DNA of 64,000 nucleotides from Heterodontus francisci. Its lineage: Eukaryota. Below the pieces are notes generated by a model. It did no database searches. It saw only the letters and a list, made by a program, of their open reading frames with translations, and was not told where the DNA came from. Positions 13,291 through 26,670 of this stretch are shown piece after piece. Every line of letters starts with the position of its first letter. Within the stretch, counting starts at the first letter, position 1. A program made the translations under genes and the position numbers. Location: the NCBI RefSeq assembly GCF_036365525.1, contig NC_090394.1, positions 64,343,743 through 64,407,742 of the forward strand, given 5' to 3'.

Positions 13291-14069
13291 TAACATAACT
13301 AGCAGCTGAAATGTGTTATATCCATGCTGGTGGGCTATCTCAATGACTGCAGGATGTGAATAAATGGCATTGAGCAGAGCTGGAACCATCTGGAAATAGT
13401 AGAATATAAAGCTGAGAACTCACAAAGACCAAGATGGGACTTGGAACAGACAGAGGCAGGAGCTCATGAAAACGGAGCTGGAACTTGTGAACACCTGGAC
13501 AGGGGAAGGAACAGAAAGAGATAGATACTGCAAGGAGAACTAGAGCAGCACATCGCTGGGGCCTTGTGCGGAACAAGATGGAAGATGAAGCACTGGATGT
13601 CAGAGTCAGGAGGTGACAAGTTGGAAAATATGCGCAGGAAAAGTGGATCAGGTCCACTGGGGAAGGGGAAGGCTGTTTGACAAAAAGCCTATTGTATCCA
13701 AGTTTTAAATGCCAGCAGTTAAAAAAAAAATCTAAAGATATGCCTGAGGATAACAACCTTAGACCTGTTAGTTAGCTGTCAGAGATTTGGTTGAAGGTAG
13801 ATAACTATTCTGATAGTGGCCATTATACAACCTTTTGTCTACTTATTCTGGTTCAGACATGAGAATTACAGGAAATAATGGCGTGCACTCAAACTGCTGG
13901 ATTAATTATCCAAAATTATTCGGTTCACTCAAAATATATCAAAACATGCAATACGCACCTGTACTCTTCTAAAGATGACTACCTGCCACTAACAAATTGT
14001 TCGAAATATAAAGCAAGTGAAATATCTACAATCACCAGTGAGTGGTCAACTTCATGTTAATTGTAGTTC

Positions 14070-16702
14070 TCTAGTGACTAATCAAGACCTAACTTCAGGA
14101 AACCAAGATGTAGAAGCAGTTTGGGTAGAGATGAGAAATGATAAAGACAAGAAGTCACTCATGGGAGTGGTGTACAGGTCCCCTAACAGTAACCATGCGG
14201 TATGATAGAATCTCAAGGAAGAAGTAATGGGAACTTGTCTGAAAGGTACGGAGATAATTATGGGGAATTTTAATCTACTTATAGACTGGAAAAATCAGAT
14301 GAACAAAGGTAGCCTAGATGAGGAATTCATAGAATGTTTTCGGGATAATTTCTTAGAACAGGCCATTCTGGAGCCAACCAGAGAGCAGGCTATACTAGAC
14401 CTGTATTATGCAATGAGATAGGATTAATTGATGACCTCATAGTGAAGGCGCCCCTAGGTAGCAGCGATCATAATACGATTGACTCTTGCATTCAGTTTGA
14501 AGGAGAAAAGAATGGGTCCAAGACTAGTATTTTAAACTTAAATAAGGGCAATTATAAGGGCATGACAGCAGAGCTAGCTAAAGTGAGCTGGCAAATTAGG
14601 TTAAGGGATAGGTCAATAGAGATGTAGTGATAGACATTTAAGGGGTGTTTCAGAATACACAGAATAGATACATTCCAACGAGAAAGAAAAATTCCAAGGG
14701 GAGGACCCATCATCCATGGTTAACTAAAAAAGTTAAAGATAGTATCAAATTTAAAGAAAAAGCATATAATTGTGCAAAGATGGGAGGTAGGTCAGAAAAT
14801 TGGACAGAATATAAAAAACAGCAAAGAATGACTAAAAGATTGATAAGGAGGGAAAAATTAGAGTATGAGAGAAAGCTAGTTAGAAATATAAAAACAGATA
14901 GTAGGAGTTTCTATAGATATTTTAAAAAGAAAAGAGTTAACGAAGTGAGCATTGGTCCTATAGAAAGTGAGTCTGGGGAATTAATAGTGGAAAATAACGG
15001 GATGGCAGATGAATTGAACAGGTATTTTGCATTGGTCTTCACTATAGAGGATACAAGTAACATCCCAGCAATAGCTGTAAATCAGGAAATGGAAAGGTGG
15101 GAGGAACTCAAGAAAATTACAATCACCAGGGAAGTGGTACTGAGCAAATTGTTGCAGCTGAGGACTGACAAGTCCCTGGGTCCTGATGGATCCTAAAAAA
15201 GTGAAGAGTGAGATAGTTAATGCGTTGGTTTTAATTTTCTAGATTCAGGGAAGGTTCCACTGGATTTGAAAAGAGTGAATGTAGCTCCTTTATTCAAAAT
15301 GGGAATAAGACAGAAAGCTGGAACCTACAGGCCAGTTAGCTTAACATCTGTCTTAGGGAAAATGTTAGAAACTATTATTAAAATGTTATAGCAGGACACT
15401 TCAAAAAAAATTCAAAGTAATCAGGCAGAGTCAACATGGTTTTGTAAAAGGGAAATCATGTTTAACCAATTTATTGCAGTTCTTTGAAGAAGTAACATGT
15501 AATGTGGAGAAAGGGGAACCGGTGGATGTGCTGTATTTAGATTTCCAGAAGGCATTTGATAAGGTGCCACATCAAAGGTTATTGCGGAAAATAAAAGCTC
15601 ATGGTGTAAGGGGTAACATATTGGCATGGATAGAAGATTGGCTAGCTAACATGAAACAGAGAGTAGGCATAAATAGGTCATTTCAGGTTAGCCACAGGGA
15701 TCAGTGCAGAGGCCTCAACCTTTTACAATTTATATAAATGACTTGGATGAAGGAACCAAAGGTATGGGAGCTAAATTTTCTGATGACACAAAGGTAGGTA
15801 GGAAAGTAAATTGTGAAGAGGGCATAAGGAGGCTACAAAGGGATATAGATAGGTTAAATGAGTGGGCAAAGATCTGAAGTATAATGTGGGAAAATGTGAA
15901 ATTGTTCATTTTGGCAGAAAGAATAAAAAAGATGCATATTATCAAAATGGTGAGAAAATGCAGATCTCTGAGATGCAGAGCGATCTGTGTGTCCTAGTGC
16001 ATGAATCGCAAAAGGTTAGTATGCAGATTCAGCAAGTGATTAAGAAAGCTAATAGAATGTTATCGTTCATTGTGAGGGGAATTGAATATAAAAGTACGGA
16101 GGTTATGCTTCAGTTATACAGGGCATTGGTGAGACCACATCTGGAGTCCTATGTACAGTATTGGTCCCTTTATTTAAGGAAGGAAGTAAATGTGTTGGAA
16201 GCAGTTCATGGAAGGTTTACTAGACTAATACCTGGAATGGGCAGGTTATCTTATAAGGAAAGGTTGGACAGGCTAGGCTTGTATCAGCGGGAGTTTAGAA
16301 GAGTAAGAGGCGACTTGATTAAAACATATAAGATCCTGAGAGGTCTTGACATGGTGGATGTGGAAAGGATGTTTCCCCTTGTGGGAGGATCTTGAACTAG
16401 GGGTCACTATTTAAAAATAAGGAGTCGCCCATTTAAGACAGAGATGAGGAGATTTTTTTTCTCTCAGAGGGTCATAAGTTTTTGGAACTCTCTTCCTCAA
16501 AAGGCATGAAAGCAGAGTCTTAAATATTTTTAAGGCAGAGGTAGATAGTTTCTTGATAAGCAAGGGGGTGAAAGGTTATTGGGGGTAAGTGGGAATGTGG
16601 AGCCGAGGTTACAATCAGATCAGCCATGATCTTATTGAATGGCGGAGCAGACTCGAGGGGTCTAGTGGCCTACACCTGCTCCTAATTCGTGTGTTCATAT
16701 GT
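14070..16702 (+). mobile_element. 5'-truncated CR1 LINE, decayed ORF2 (APE C-terminal part + RT) and 3' UTR
   Basis: GVVYRSPNS, LGSSDHN, YLDFQKAFDKVPH, LYRALVRPHLE and RVRGDLIKTYKI, with multiple stops and frameshifts. Confidence 0.95.
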
Positions 16703-17819
16703 AAGTCACTTCTTATCTATGGTAACAGACCAAAGCATTTTTAACATTTTCTTTTATACTTCAATTCTAGGGAGGGGTAAAATAGTACACTAGCAGTGAC
16801 TTATAGTCCAATTAGTATTTATTTTAGGCCAAAAATGTCCAATTACATGCAGAGCCCTTTGTTTGTCAAAGCCCACCCTGGCATTGTCAATCTTTTTAAA
16901 ACTTCCTTCTGTCAGTTTCCATCAGCTGGGGGTGCTAGCAGGTGGTTCTTTATCCTCCGATATTCGGCTAGATTTGGCTGCATGGCATTTTCCCAAACGA
17001 GTTCATGTCTTAAGCCCGCCAGCTATTGTTAATTGTTAGCATCTTATCAAAACTTGTTAATTCTTATAGCCCATTTCATCATTTCAAACATCAATGTTTC
17101 ATATGTCTTCTTTCAATTTGATAGCACTGTCTGGGAAAACATAATTACTACAGATTATTACAGTTCTGCAAGGTTTCACAGAAACCATTGTTGTTCCCAT
17201 AGACACGTCTTCAGCCTTTCAAGGCATGATGGTAATTTGGTCAAGGCTCAGCACGAAGTTAATTTTTTGAATAAAGTCATTACTGTCTTATATCGTGCAG
17301 CCAATACTTGCATCGAAACTTTCATAATCTCAGAGCAGTAGTGCTCCAGTTATTCTCACTAGTTCAGAGTGTTACTTGTCCAGCTGTGAGCTGGCAACAT
17401 AAAGGAAAATGCACAAATTGTGTGATGATGACTGATCAGTTGAATGTCTCCAGGTAGGTGGTTTTCTCACAGAAGGTTTTTAAGGCAGATGTCAGTGTAT
17501 TTCAGGTAGCACAACTGGTGATTTTGTTCAGCAAACAGAATGACAAAAGATCTGCACCCAAAATCTGTTTGTTCTCTTTTCAGTAGCTGATGGAGCTATT
17601 TTTATATGATAACTAGGCTTTTTGGTTTTATGCTAAATATTCGCCAAGGGGTTGAGTGTCACCGATCATTTAGATAAATGGACCTCAAGGCCCCAACACT
17701 CTGGAGTATGTCTTAACCAATCAAAAGACAGGTGAGCAGTAGTAAGACACAGGGATCAAACATAGAACCTTTCTCAATGTACGTTGGCTGCCACATATAC
17801 TATTAAGATATGAACTTTG

Positions 17820-18260
17820 AGGGGATACTGTAGCATAGTGGTAGTAATCCAGAGGCTTGAAATAATGATCTGGAGGCATGGGTTCAAATTCCATCACGGC
17901 AGCTGGGGAGTTTAATTTCAGTAAATTAAATAAAACAGGCATTAAAAAAGCTAGTCTCAGTAATGGCGACCATGAAACTACCAGATTGTCATAAAAACCC
18001 ATCTGGTTCAAGGAAGGAAATCTGTTGGCCGTACCCGATCTGATCCATATGCAACTCCAGACCCACAGTAATGTGGTTGACTCTTAACTGCCCTCTGAAT
18101 GGCTTAGCAAGCCACTCATTTGTACCAAACTGCTGCAAGAAAGCATAATAAGACGAAACAGATCACACGACTTTGACCTAAACATCAGATTCAGATGTGA
18201 CAGAGGCACAACCAGTCCAGACAACAAGAAAACGTTGTCCTCACTAACATCTGGGGTCTT
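17820..18260 (+). mobile_element. 5' end of a LINE: tRNA-like head followed by start of an APE endonuclease; continues at 20310-20700
   Basis: tagcatagtggtag / gggttcaaattcc resemble A and B boxes. The head is shared with the SINE at 25790-26185, then ctcactaacatctggggtctt (LTNIWGL). The downstream piece encodes NVHHQEWLSSTTT and IDKSDHLTVLV. Confidence 0.6.
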
Positions 18261-20310
18261 AGGCCAGGTGGTTGAAGTTTCAGTGGGGGAGCATTTCGAG
18301 AGCAGTGACCATAATTCCATAAGTTTTAAGGTACTTGTGGATAAGGATAAGAGTAGTCCTCGGGTGAAGGTGCTAAATTGGGGGAAGGCTAATTATAACA
18401 ATATTAGGCAGGAACTGAAGAATTTAGATTGGGGGCGGTTGTTTGAGGGTAAATCAACATCTGACATGTGGGAGTCTTTCAAACGTCAGCTGATTAGAAT
18501 CCAGGGCCAGCATGTTCCTGTGAGGAAGAAAGACAAGTTTGGCAAGTTTCGGGAAGCTTGGATAACACGGGATATTGTGAGCCTAGTCAAAAAGAAAAAG
18601 GAAGCATTTGTAAGGGCTGGAAGGCTAGGAACAGATGAAGCACTTGAGGAATATAAAGACAGTAGGAAGGAACTTAAGCAAGGAGTTAGGAGGGCTAAAA
18701 GGGGTCATGAAAAGTCATTGGCAAACAGGATTAAGGAAAATCCCAAGGCTTTTTATACATATATAAAGAGCAAGAGGGTAACCAGGGAAAGGGTTGGCCC
18801 ACTCAAGGACAGAGTTGGGAACCTATGCGTGGAGCCAGAGGAAATGGGTGAGGTGCTAAATGAGTACTTTGCATCAGTATTCACCAAGGAGAAGGACTTG
18901 GTGGATGATGAGCCTAGGGAAGGGAGTGCAGATAGTCTCAGTCATCTCATTATCAAAAAGGAGGAGGTGTTGGGTGTCTTGCAAAGCATTAAGGTAGATA
19001 AGTCCCCAGGGCCTGATGGGATCTACCCTAGAATACTGAGGGAGGCAAGGGAAGAAATTGCTGGGGCCTTGACAGAAATCTTTGCATCCTCATTGGCTAC
19101 AGGTGAGGTCCCAGAGGACTGGAGAATAGCCAATGTTGTTCCTTAGTTTAAGAAGGGTGGTAAGGATAATCCAGGAAATTATAGGCCGGTGAGACTTACG
19201 TCAGTGGTAGGGAAACTATTAGAGAGGATTCTTCGGGACAGGATTTACTCCCATTTGGAAACAAACAAACTTATTAGCGAGAGACAGCATGGTTTTGTGA
19301 AGGGGAAGTCGTGTCTTACTAATTTGATTGAGTTTTTTGAGGAAGTGACGAAGATGATTGATGAGGGAAGGGCGATGGATGTTGTCTATATGGACTTTAG
19401 TAAAGCCTTTAACAAGGTCCCGCATGGCAGACTGGTGCAAAAGGTGAAGTCACACGGGATCAGAGGGGAGCTGGCAAGATGGATACAGAACTGGCTCAGT
19501 CACAGAAGACAGAGGGTAACAGTGGATGGGTGTTTTTCTGAATGGAGGGATGTGACTTGTGGTGTTCTGCAGGGATCAGCGTGGGACCTTTGCTGTTTGT
19601 AGTATATATAAATGATTTGGAGGAAAATGTGGCTGGTCTGATTAGTAAGTTTGCGGACGACACAAAGGTTGGTGGAGTTGCGGATAATGATGAGGATTGT
19701 CAGAGGATACAGCAGGATATAGATCGGTTGGAGACTTGGGCGGAGAAATGGCAGATGGAGTTTAATCCAGACAAATGTGAGGTAATGCATTTTGGAAGGT
19801 GTAATGCAGGTGGGAGGTATACAGTAAATGGCAGAACCCTTAGGAGTATTGACAGGCAGAGAGATCTGGGCGTACAGGTCCACAGGTCACTGAAAGTGGC
19901 AACGCAGGTGGATAAGGTAGTCAAGAAGGTATACGGCGTGCTTGCCTTCATCGGTCGGGGCATAGAGTATAAAAATTGGCAAGTCATGTTGCAGTTGTAC
20001 AGAACCTTAGTTAGGCCACACTTAGAATATTGCGTGCAATTCTGGTCGCCACACTACCAGAAGGACGTGGAGGCTTTGGAGAGGGTACAGAGGAGGTTTA
20101 CCAGGATGTTGCCTGGTCTGGAGGGCATTAGCTATGAGGAGAGGTTGGAAAAACTCGGATTGTTTTCACTGGAACGACGGAGGTGGAGGGGCGACATGAT
20201 AGAGGTTTACAAAGTTATGAGCGGCATGGACAGAGTGGATAGTCAGAAGCTTTTTCCCAGGGTGGAAGAGTCAGTTACTGGGGGACATAGGTTTAAGGTG
20301 CGAGGGGCAC
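18261..20310 (+). mobile_element. Young CR1 ORF2 segment (few lesions), truncated at both ends
   Basis: ORFs of 303, 137 and 279 aa: SSDHNSISF, KSPGPDGIYPRIL, YMDFSKAFNKVPH, KFADDTK, LYRTLVRPHLEYCVQFWSP. Confidence 0.95.
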
Positions 20311-20699
20311 AGAATATACTCAGGGTGGAGAAATGCAATGTCCATCACCAAGAGTGGCTCAGTAGCACCACTACTGGCTAATTCCTGAAGGACATAGCTG
20401 CCAGACTGGGCCTGTGGCAGGTGATGAGGGAACAAACACAAGGAAAAAACCTACTTGGCCTTATTCCCACCAATCTACTGGTGCTTGATAGTATTGATAA
20501 GAGTGACCATCTCACAGTCCTTGTGCAGACAAAGTCCCGTCTTTACACTGAGAACACATTCCATCATATTGTGTGGCAGTACTACTATACTAAATGGGAT
20601 ACATTCAAAACAGATCTAGCAGCTCAAAACTGAGGTATCCATGAGGTGCTGTGGGCCCTCAGGATCAGCAGAATTCTATTGCACCACAACCTGTAACCA

Positions 20700-21275
20700 G
20701 AACAACTAATATTTATATAGCACCCTTAACATAAGAAAATATCCCAAAGTGCTTCACAGGTACGTTATGAAACAAAATATGACACCAAGTCACGCAAGGA
20801 GATATCAGGGCAGATGACCAAAAGCTTGGCCAAAAGCATAGGTTTTAAGGAGTATCTTCAAGGAGGACAGCGAGGTGGAGAGATTTAGGGAGGGAATTCC
20901 AGAGTTTAGGGGCTTGACAACTGAAGGTGCGGCCACCAATGGTGAAGCCATTTAAAATCAGAGATGTTCAAGAGGCCAGAATTAGTGGAGCGCAGATATC
21001 TCGGAGGGTTGTGGGGCTGGAGGAGATTACAGAGCTAGGGAGGGTGAGGCCATGGAGGGATCTGAAAACAAGGATGAGAATTTTAAAAGTGAGGCATTGC
21101 TTAACTGGGAACCAGTGTAGGTCAGCAAGCACAGGAGTGCTGAGTGAACAGGACTTGGTGCAAGTTCAGACATGGGAAGCAGAGTTTTGGATGACCTCAG
21201 GTTTACAGAGTGTAGAATGTGGGAGACCAGGAGGAGCACATTAGAATAGTCAAGTCTAGGGGTAACAAAGGCATT
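20700..21275 (-). mobile_element. L2-clade LINE 3' fragment
   Basis: Homologous to 6250-6770 and 28540-29010; ends in the L2/DeuSINE-type tail (atttatatagcacc on the plus strand). Confidence 0.7.
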
Positions 21276-21369
21276 CTCTCTTGTCTGCTAATACTTGAGA
21301 CTGCTTCTCTCAAAACTGCATCGGAAGCCCTCCCTCATCTACCAATCAGCAAGGTGAGCCTTGTGTTAA

Positions 21370-23815
21370 TGAATAAAATGAATAATGAAACAAAATAAAA
21401 TAAAATAAAAACAAAAAACAAAAAAAACTGAAAATAAAAAGGGGGTGCCATCATGCTCTGAAATTATTGAACTCAATGTTCAGTCCGGCAGGCTGTACCG
21501 TGCCTAATCGATAAATGAGATGCTGTTCCTTCAGCTTGCGTTGATGTTCACTGGAACACTGCAGCAATCCCAGGACAGAGATGTGAGCATGCGAGCGGGC
21601 GGGGTGAGGGGTGTTGAAATGACAAGCGACCAGAAGCTCGGGGTCATGCTTTCGGACTGAGCGGAGGTGTTCTGCGAAGCGGTCACCCAATCTGCATTTG
21701 GTCTCCCCAGTGTAGAGGAGACCACATTGTGAGCAGCGAATGCAGTACACTAAATTGAAAGAAGTACAAGGAAATTGCTGCTTCACCTGAAAGGAGTGTT
21801 TGGGGCCTTGGATAGTGAGGAGAGAGGAGGTAAATGTGCAGGTATTACACCTCCTGCGATTGCATGGGAAGGTGCCGTGGGAAGGGGGCAAGGTGTTGGC
21901 GGTAATGGAGAAGTGGACCAGGGTGTCCCGGAGGGAATGATCTCTTCAGAATGCTGACAGGGGAGGGGAGGGGAAGATGCGTTTGGTAGTGGAAATGGCG
22001 GAGGATGATCCTCTGGATGTGGAGGCTGGTGGGGTGAAAAATGAGGACAAGGGGAACCCTGTCGCCGTTCTCGGAGAGAGGGGAAGGGGTGATGGTAGAG
22101 GTGCAGGAAATGGGCCGAACACATTGAGGGCCCTGTCAACCACAGGGGAGGGCGGAACCCTCAGTTGAGGAAAAAGGAAGAGATATCAGAAGCACTGTTG
22201 TAGAAGGTAGCATCATCAGAGCAGATGCGTCGCAGACGGAGAAACTGGGAGAATGGAATGGAGTCCTTACAGGAGGCAGGGTGTGAAGAAGTGTAGTCGA
22301 AGTAGCTGTGGGAGTCGGTGGGCTTATAATGAATATTAGTAGACAGCCTATCCCCAGAGATAGAGACAGAGAGTCAAGGAAGGGAAGGGAAGTGTCGGAG
22401 ATGGACCATGTAAAGGTGAGAGAAGGGTAGAAGTTGAAAGCAAAGTTGATAAAGTTTTCCAGTTCGGGCGGGAGCAGGAAACCAATACAGTCATCAATGT
22501 ACCGGAAAAAAAGTTGTGGGAGGGGGTCTGAGTAGGACTGGAATAAGGAATGGTCGACATATCCCAGGCATAACTAGGACCCATACGGGTACCTGACGGA
22601 AGTAAGTGGAGTTGAAGGAGAAGTTGTTCAATGTGAGAACAAGTTCGGCCAAGCGGAGGAGGGTGGTGGTGGATGGGGACGGTTGGGCCTCTGTTCAAGG
22701 AAGAAGCGGAGAGCCCTCAAACTGTCCTGGTGGGGGATGGAGGTGTAGAGAGATTGGACGTCCATAGTGAAGAGGAGGCGGTTAGGGCCAGGAAACTGGA
22801 AATTGTCAAAATGACGTAGGGCATCAGAAGAGTCACGGATGTAGGTGGGAAGAGACTGGACCAGGGGAGAAAAGATAGAGTCAAGATAGGAAGAAATAAG
22901 TTCAGTGGGGCAGGAACAGGCTGAGATAATGGGTCTGCTGGGACAGTCCTGTTTGTGGATTTTAGGAAGGAGGTCGAAGAGTGCTGTCCAGGGTTGCGGG
23001 ACGATGAGGTTGGAAGCTGTCAAAGGGAAGATCTCCAGAGGAGGTGAGGTCAGTGACAGTCCTGTGGACAATAGCTTGATGTTCGGTGGTGGGGCCATGG
23101 TCCAAGGAGAGGTAGGAAGAAGTGTCTGAGAGTTGTCGCTGAGCCTCTGCAAGGTAGAGGTCAGTACGTCAGACAACAACAGCACCACCCTTGTCTGCAG
23201 GTTTGATGACAATGTCAGGGTTAGACCTGAGAGAACGGAGTGCAGCAAGTTCAGAGGGGGACAGGCTCGAGTGAGTGAGGGTGGCAGAGAAATTGAGACG
23301 GCCGATGTCTCACCGACAGTTTTCAATGAAAAGATCAAGAGTGGGTAATCGGCCAGAGAGAGGGGTGCAGGTGGAGGGAGAATGCTGGAGACAGGTGAAT
23401 GGGTCTGCTGGTTGGGGGGAGGACTCCTGATCAAAGAAGTGAGCCCGGAGGCAAAGGCAACGGAAGAAGAGCTCAACGTCATGCCGTGCGTGAAATTCAT
23501 TGAGTTGGGGGCATAAGGGGATAAAACCCGAGTCCTTTGCTGAGTACAGAACGTTCAACGTCAGAGAGGGGAAGGTCAGAGGGTATAGTGAATACACGGT
23601 AAGGGGTCAGATCAGAAGGGGTGGGGTCAGGGAAGTGAAGGGGAAGAAGGATCAGAAGGGGCATTAGTCCCCATCAGCTGTTGGAGTTTGCGTTCCTTAA
23701 CACCTGAAAGGAAGAAAAAAAGTTTTTTGTTAATGCGTCAGATAAGACGAAGGATGGAATGAAACTGCGGAGTAGAACAGCTTTGAGATAAGGTGAGGCG
23801 GTACTTCTGGAGAGA
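21370..23815 (-). mobile_element. Penelope-like element, decayed RT + GIY-YIG endonuclease
   Basis: LLPKIHKQDCPSRPIISAC...LFTMDVQSLYTSIPH (PLE RT). CNRRRCNTC...NLVYCIRCSQCGLLYTGETK.RL..RFAEH...GLN (GIY-YIG, ORF 21451-21891). T-rich 3' region. Confidence 0.95.
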
Positions 23816-25789
23816 GGTTTGTATCCACTGATGACCTGAGATGTAGTTACAAAAGAGTTTCCTGGGTCAGTCCATTTGTAAATCCTTTGGAGTAGAGACA
23901 GGTATGTAAAATGAGTGCAATCCTCTTCAGTCCATGGAAATTGAAGTGCAGCTTTTGAAAAGGCCAGCTGTGGGCAAAGATTGCAGCCACAGCCCGAGGG
24001 AGCTCCTTCACAGGACCATCGGCTAGCTTGACTGCACGGTCCACAAACCTTTCTGTGCCACTCTTCAAGAATGCCTGGAGAGGCTGGCACACATGGCTAA
24101 AACAGGCATCAGCATGTGTCACACAGGAGAGAGAAAGAGGCCACAGCTCAACAGAATCCTACCTGTAACGCCTTCTTGAGGAACTTATTGTTGGTCACCA
24201 TTCACGCATTGGGTTCAGTTCAGTTCTTGCAGCTGCTCTGGACAAGCCAGTGGGAATTTACGTTACAATAAAGAAACCAAAAACAAAATCATCTTATAGG
24301 CAAGAAAGCGGTCATTTTTTTTTTGTCACAATGGCTTTGAAAATCTTGGTAAAAATAAGTTGGATGGCTTATTGCAAACACTTTGCAAAGCGGATACAAC
24401 CGTGAAAGACGTTTGATTCTTTAAGGTCTTGAGTCTCTGAAACCAACCTATATCTCCCTGACTGAAAAAATGGGGATCCCCAAGAGAAAGAGCTTGTCAG
24501 ATTTCAATTAGAACAAAACCCTTTCAGGAAAAATGTGCCAAGAGCTGGTGAGGAGCCCAAAAATTAATCATAGCAGACAAGAAAAGAGAGCAACCCTATT
24601 TAGACTGTCAAGTGAAAATGCAATATAACATGATGCATTAGACATTGTCTAGGCACCAAATCATGCAGAGTCACCAGATTACAAGATAGATGTGGATAAA
24701 AACCATTCCTTGTATCTAAACTCAGCCATCCAGAACAAACCTCCACAGCCATCATTATATCTAATTGTTTCATCAATGATTCCAGAGCTTTGCTTTCTAC
24801 CATTGACCCAGAAGTCATCCCACATGTAGTTCACTCTTTGGGGTAGATATTCACTTTGTATGATCGGGTAAAATGGGTCAGAACATGTTGGCAGCCCATT
24901 TTAAATCTCTCCACATTTTCACTTCTATCGCAGTTAGTGGAAATAAAACACAGGCTTTTTAAGTTGCAAGTTTACACAACCGACAGTAATGTCCAAGGAG
25001 GTTTTCCAGATGGCTTGCGGTAACTTCAGCAGGAGATTGGCAGAAGCTCTGGAGAAGCGGCGTAAACATGAGCACATGAAATCCGGAAGAGGCAACCCAA
25101 TTGGTGAAGCCACAAAACGGTGGCACATTTCCAAGAATCTCCAGGGCTTGTTCTCCCAGGCAGACTTTGAACCTTTATGTTAAAATGTTGCATTCTCAGG
25201 TACTTTTGCATTTCATGAAGGATAGATTTTTAGGTTTGGACTTTCCTCTGTTATACTGCCCCAAGTCAGGTGGTATAGCAGCAGAAACAGCTGTTAAAAT
25301 CAGGCAGTGAGACCTACCCCACCCCCATTCCCACCCTGGCCTCTATTTTCCTGCCTCTGCCACAACCAGAAAATCCACAGCCACCTCTTCACATGTAAAT
25401 AACAGCATGGAGGTGCGGCCTGGCCACAAGTCAAATTTTATTACCTTTCACTGATGATTCCATCATTCAGAGACCACAGAGGGGGCGACAGTGCTCCTTA
25501 GGGCAGTGGTAGAAGACCTGAGGATGCCCCTTTCTGAAGAGAGGGTCCTAGGAGTGAGCACCTCTCTCTCTACCTAAGGTGCGGTTTACCTCGTGAAATA
25601 TCCGCACTGATTTTTGCTGCTTACCTGCCCCCTTTAGGTGGCCTTTTTCTCTGCACTGCTTTCCTGGGCTCCCTCTCACTGGCAGGGATCTCACTCGGAG
25701 GTAGCCCTGCATATTTAATGACCAGGAAAATGGGATGAGGTCTTAGGGGGATAGTGTGACCGACAGAAGTGCCACCCTGACTTTGCTTT

Positions 25790-26185
25790 TTTTTTATTCT
25801 TTCATGGGATGTGGGCATCGCAGGCCAGGCCAGCATTTATTGCCCATCCCTAATTGTCCTTGAACTGAGTGGCTTGCTAGGCCATTTCGAGGGCATGTAA
25901 GAGTCAACCACATTGCTGTAGATCTGGAGTCACATGTAGGCCAGACCAGGTAAGGACAGCAGATTTCCTTCCCTAAAGGACATTAGTGAACCAGATGGGT
26001 ATTTACAACAATCGACAATGGTTTCCTGGCCATCATTAGACTAGCTTTAAATTCCAGATTTTTATTAATTGAATTCAAATTCCACCTTCTGCTGTGGTGG
26101 GATGCGAACCCATGTCCCCAGAGTAATACCTGGGTCTCTGGGTTACTAGTCCAGTGACAATACCAGTATGCCATCGCCTCCCCTG
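25790..26185 (-). mobile_element. tRNA-derived SINE with LINE-derived 3' tail
   Basis: Minus strand begins ggggaggcgatggcatactggta...gggttcgcatccc (A/B boxes), then the tail shared with 7930-8095 and poly-A. Confidence 0.75.
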
Positions 26186-26424
26186 GCATGAATTCAGGGC
26201 AGGGAATTCAGGGCTGCCATGAATTCAGGGCAATCCAACCCTTACTCATAAAAATAGGGAAAAACAAGTGACATTTGGATTTTCACCAGACCAACCAATT
26301 ATTTCCAGCCCACTTACTCAAAGGTTTCCACCACAGTCACTTTCACACATCCAACTCTACCTCCTCAGGTTGAAAAAGGCACTCTATCCCCTCCAGAGCA
26401 GGTTTACAGAGACACTGCACCCCA

Positions 26425-26670
26425 GTGAGAACTTGTCAGTAAATGTGGTTTACACTGATAGTTTGTATATTGGGGAGTAGGTCAGAGTAATTGATAAAAG
26501 TCAGTGCAGTCTGGGCTCTCTGTGCCTTGTCCCACTCCTCCCCAAGCCGAGCTAATGTTTTGAACTAGGTTTCTCTCTCTCCCCATCTCTCTCTCTCCCT
26601 TTCTCTTCTCATCATTAATAGCAGGGGTTGTGGCATTTATGCATTGTGGGTGGAAACTCTTGCAGGAGTT
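26425..26670. repeat. Left arm of long inverted repeat 2
   Basis: ataaaagtcagtgcagtctgggctctctgtgccttgtcccactcctcc matches the reverse complement of ggaggagtgggactaggcacagagtgcccagactgcactgacttttat (27522-27569). Confidence 0.9.

Noticed and set aside
23847-24122. ORF with ELPR...HSWPF, faintly like the PRAME/LRRC14 N-terminus
   Set aside because: The motif spacing is much too short and there is no further similarity; likely chance.
24989-25183. CpG-retaining 64-aa ORF (MSKEVFQMACG...)
   Set aside because: No recognisable product or clear splice signals; kept only as a possible non-coding conserved island.
26188-26232. gaattcaggg repeated three times beside a SINE 5' end
   Set aside because: A tiny local tandem duplication with no evidence of function.
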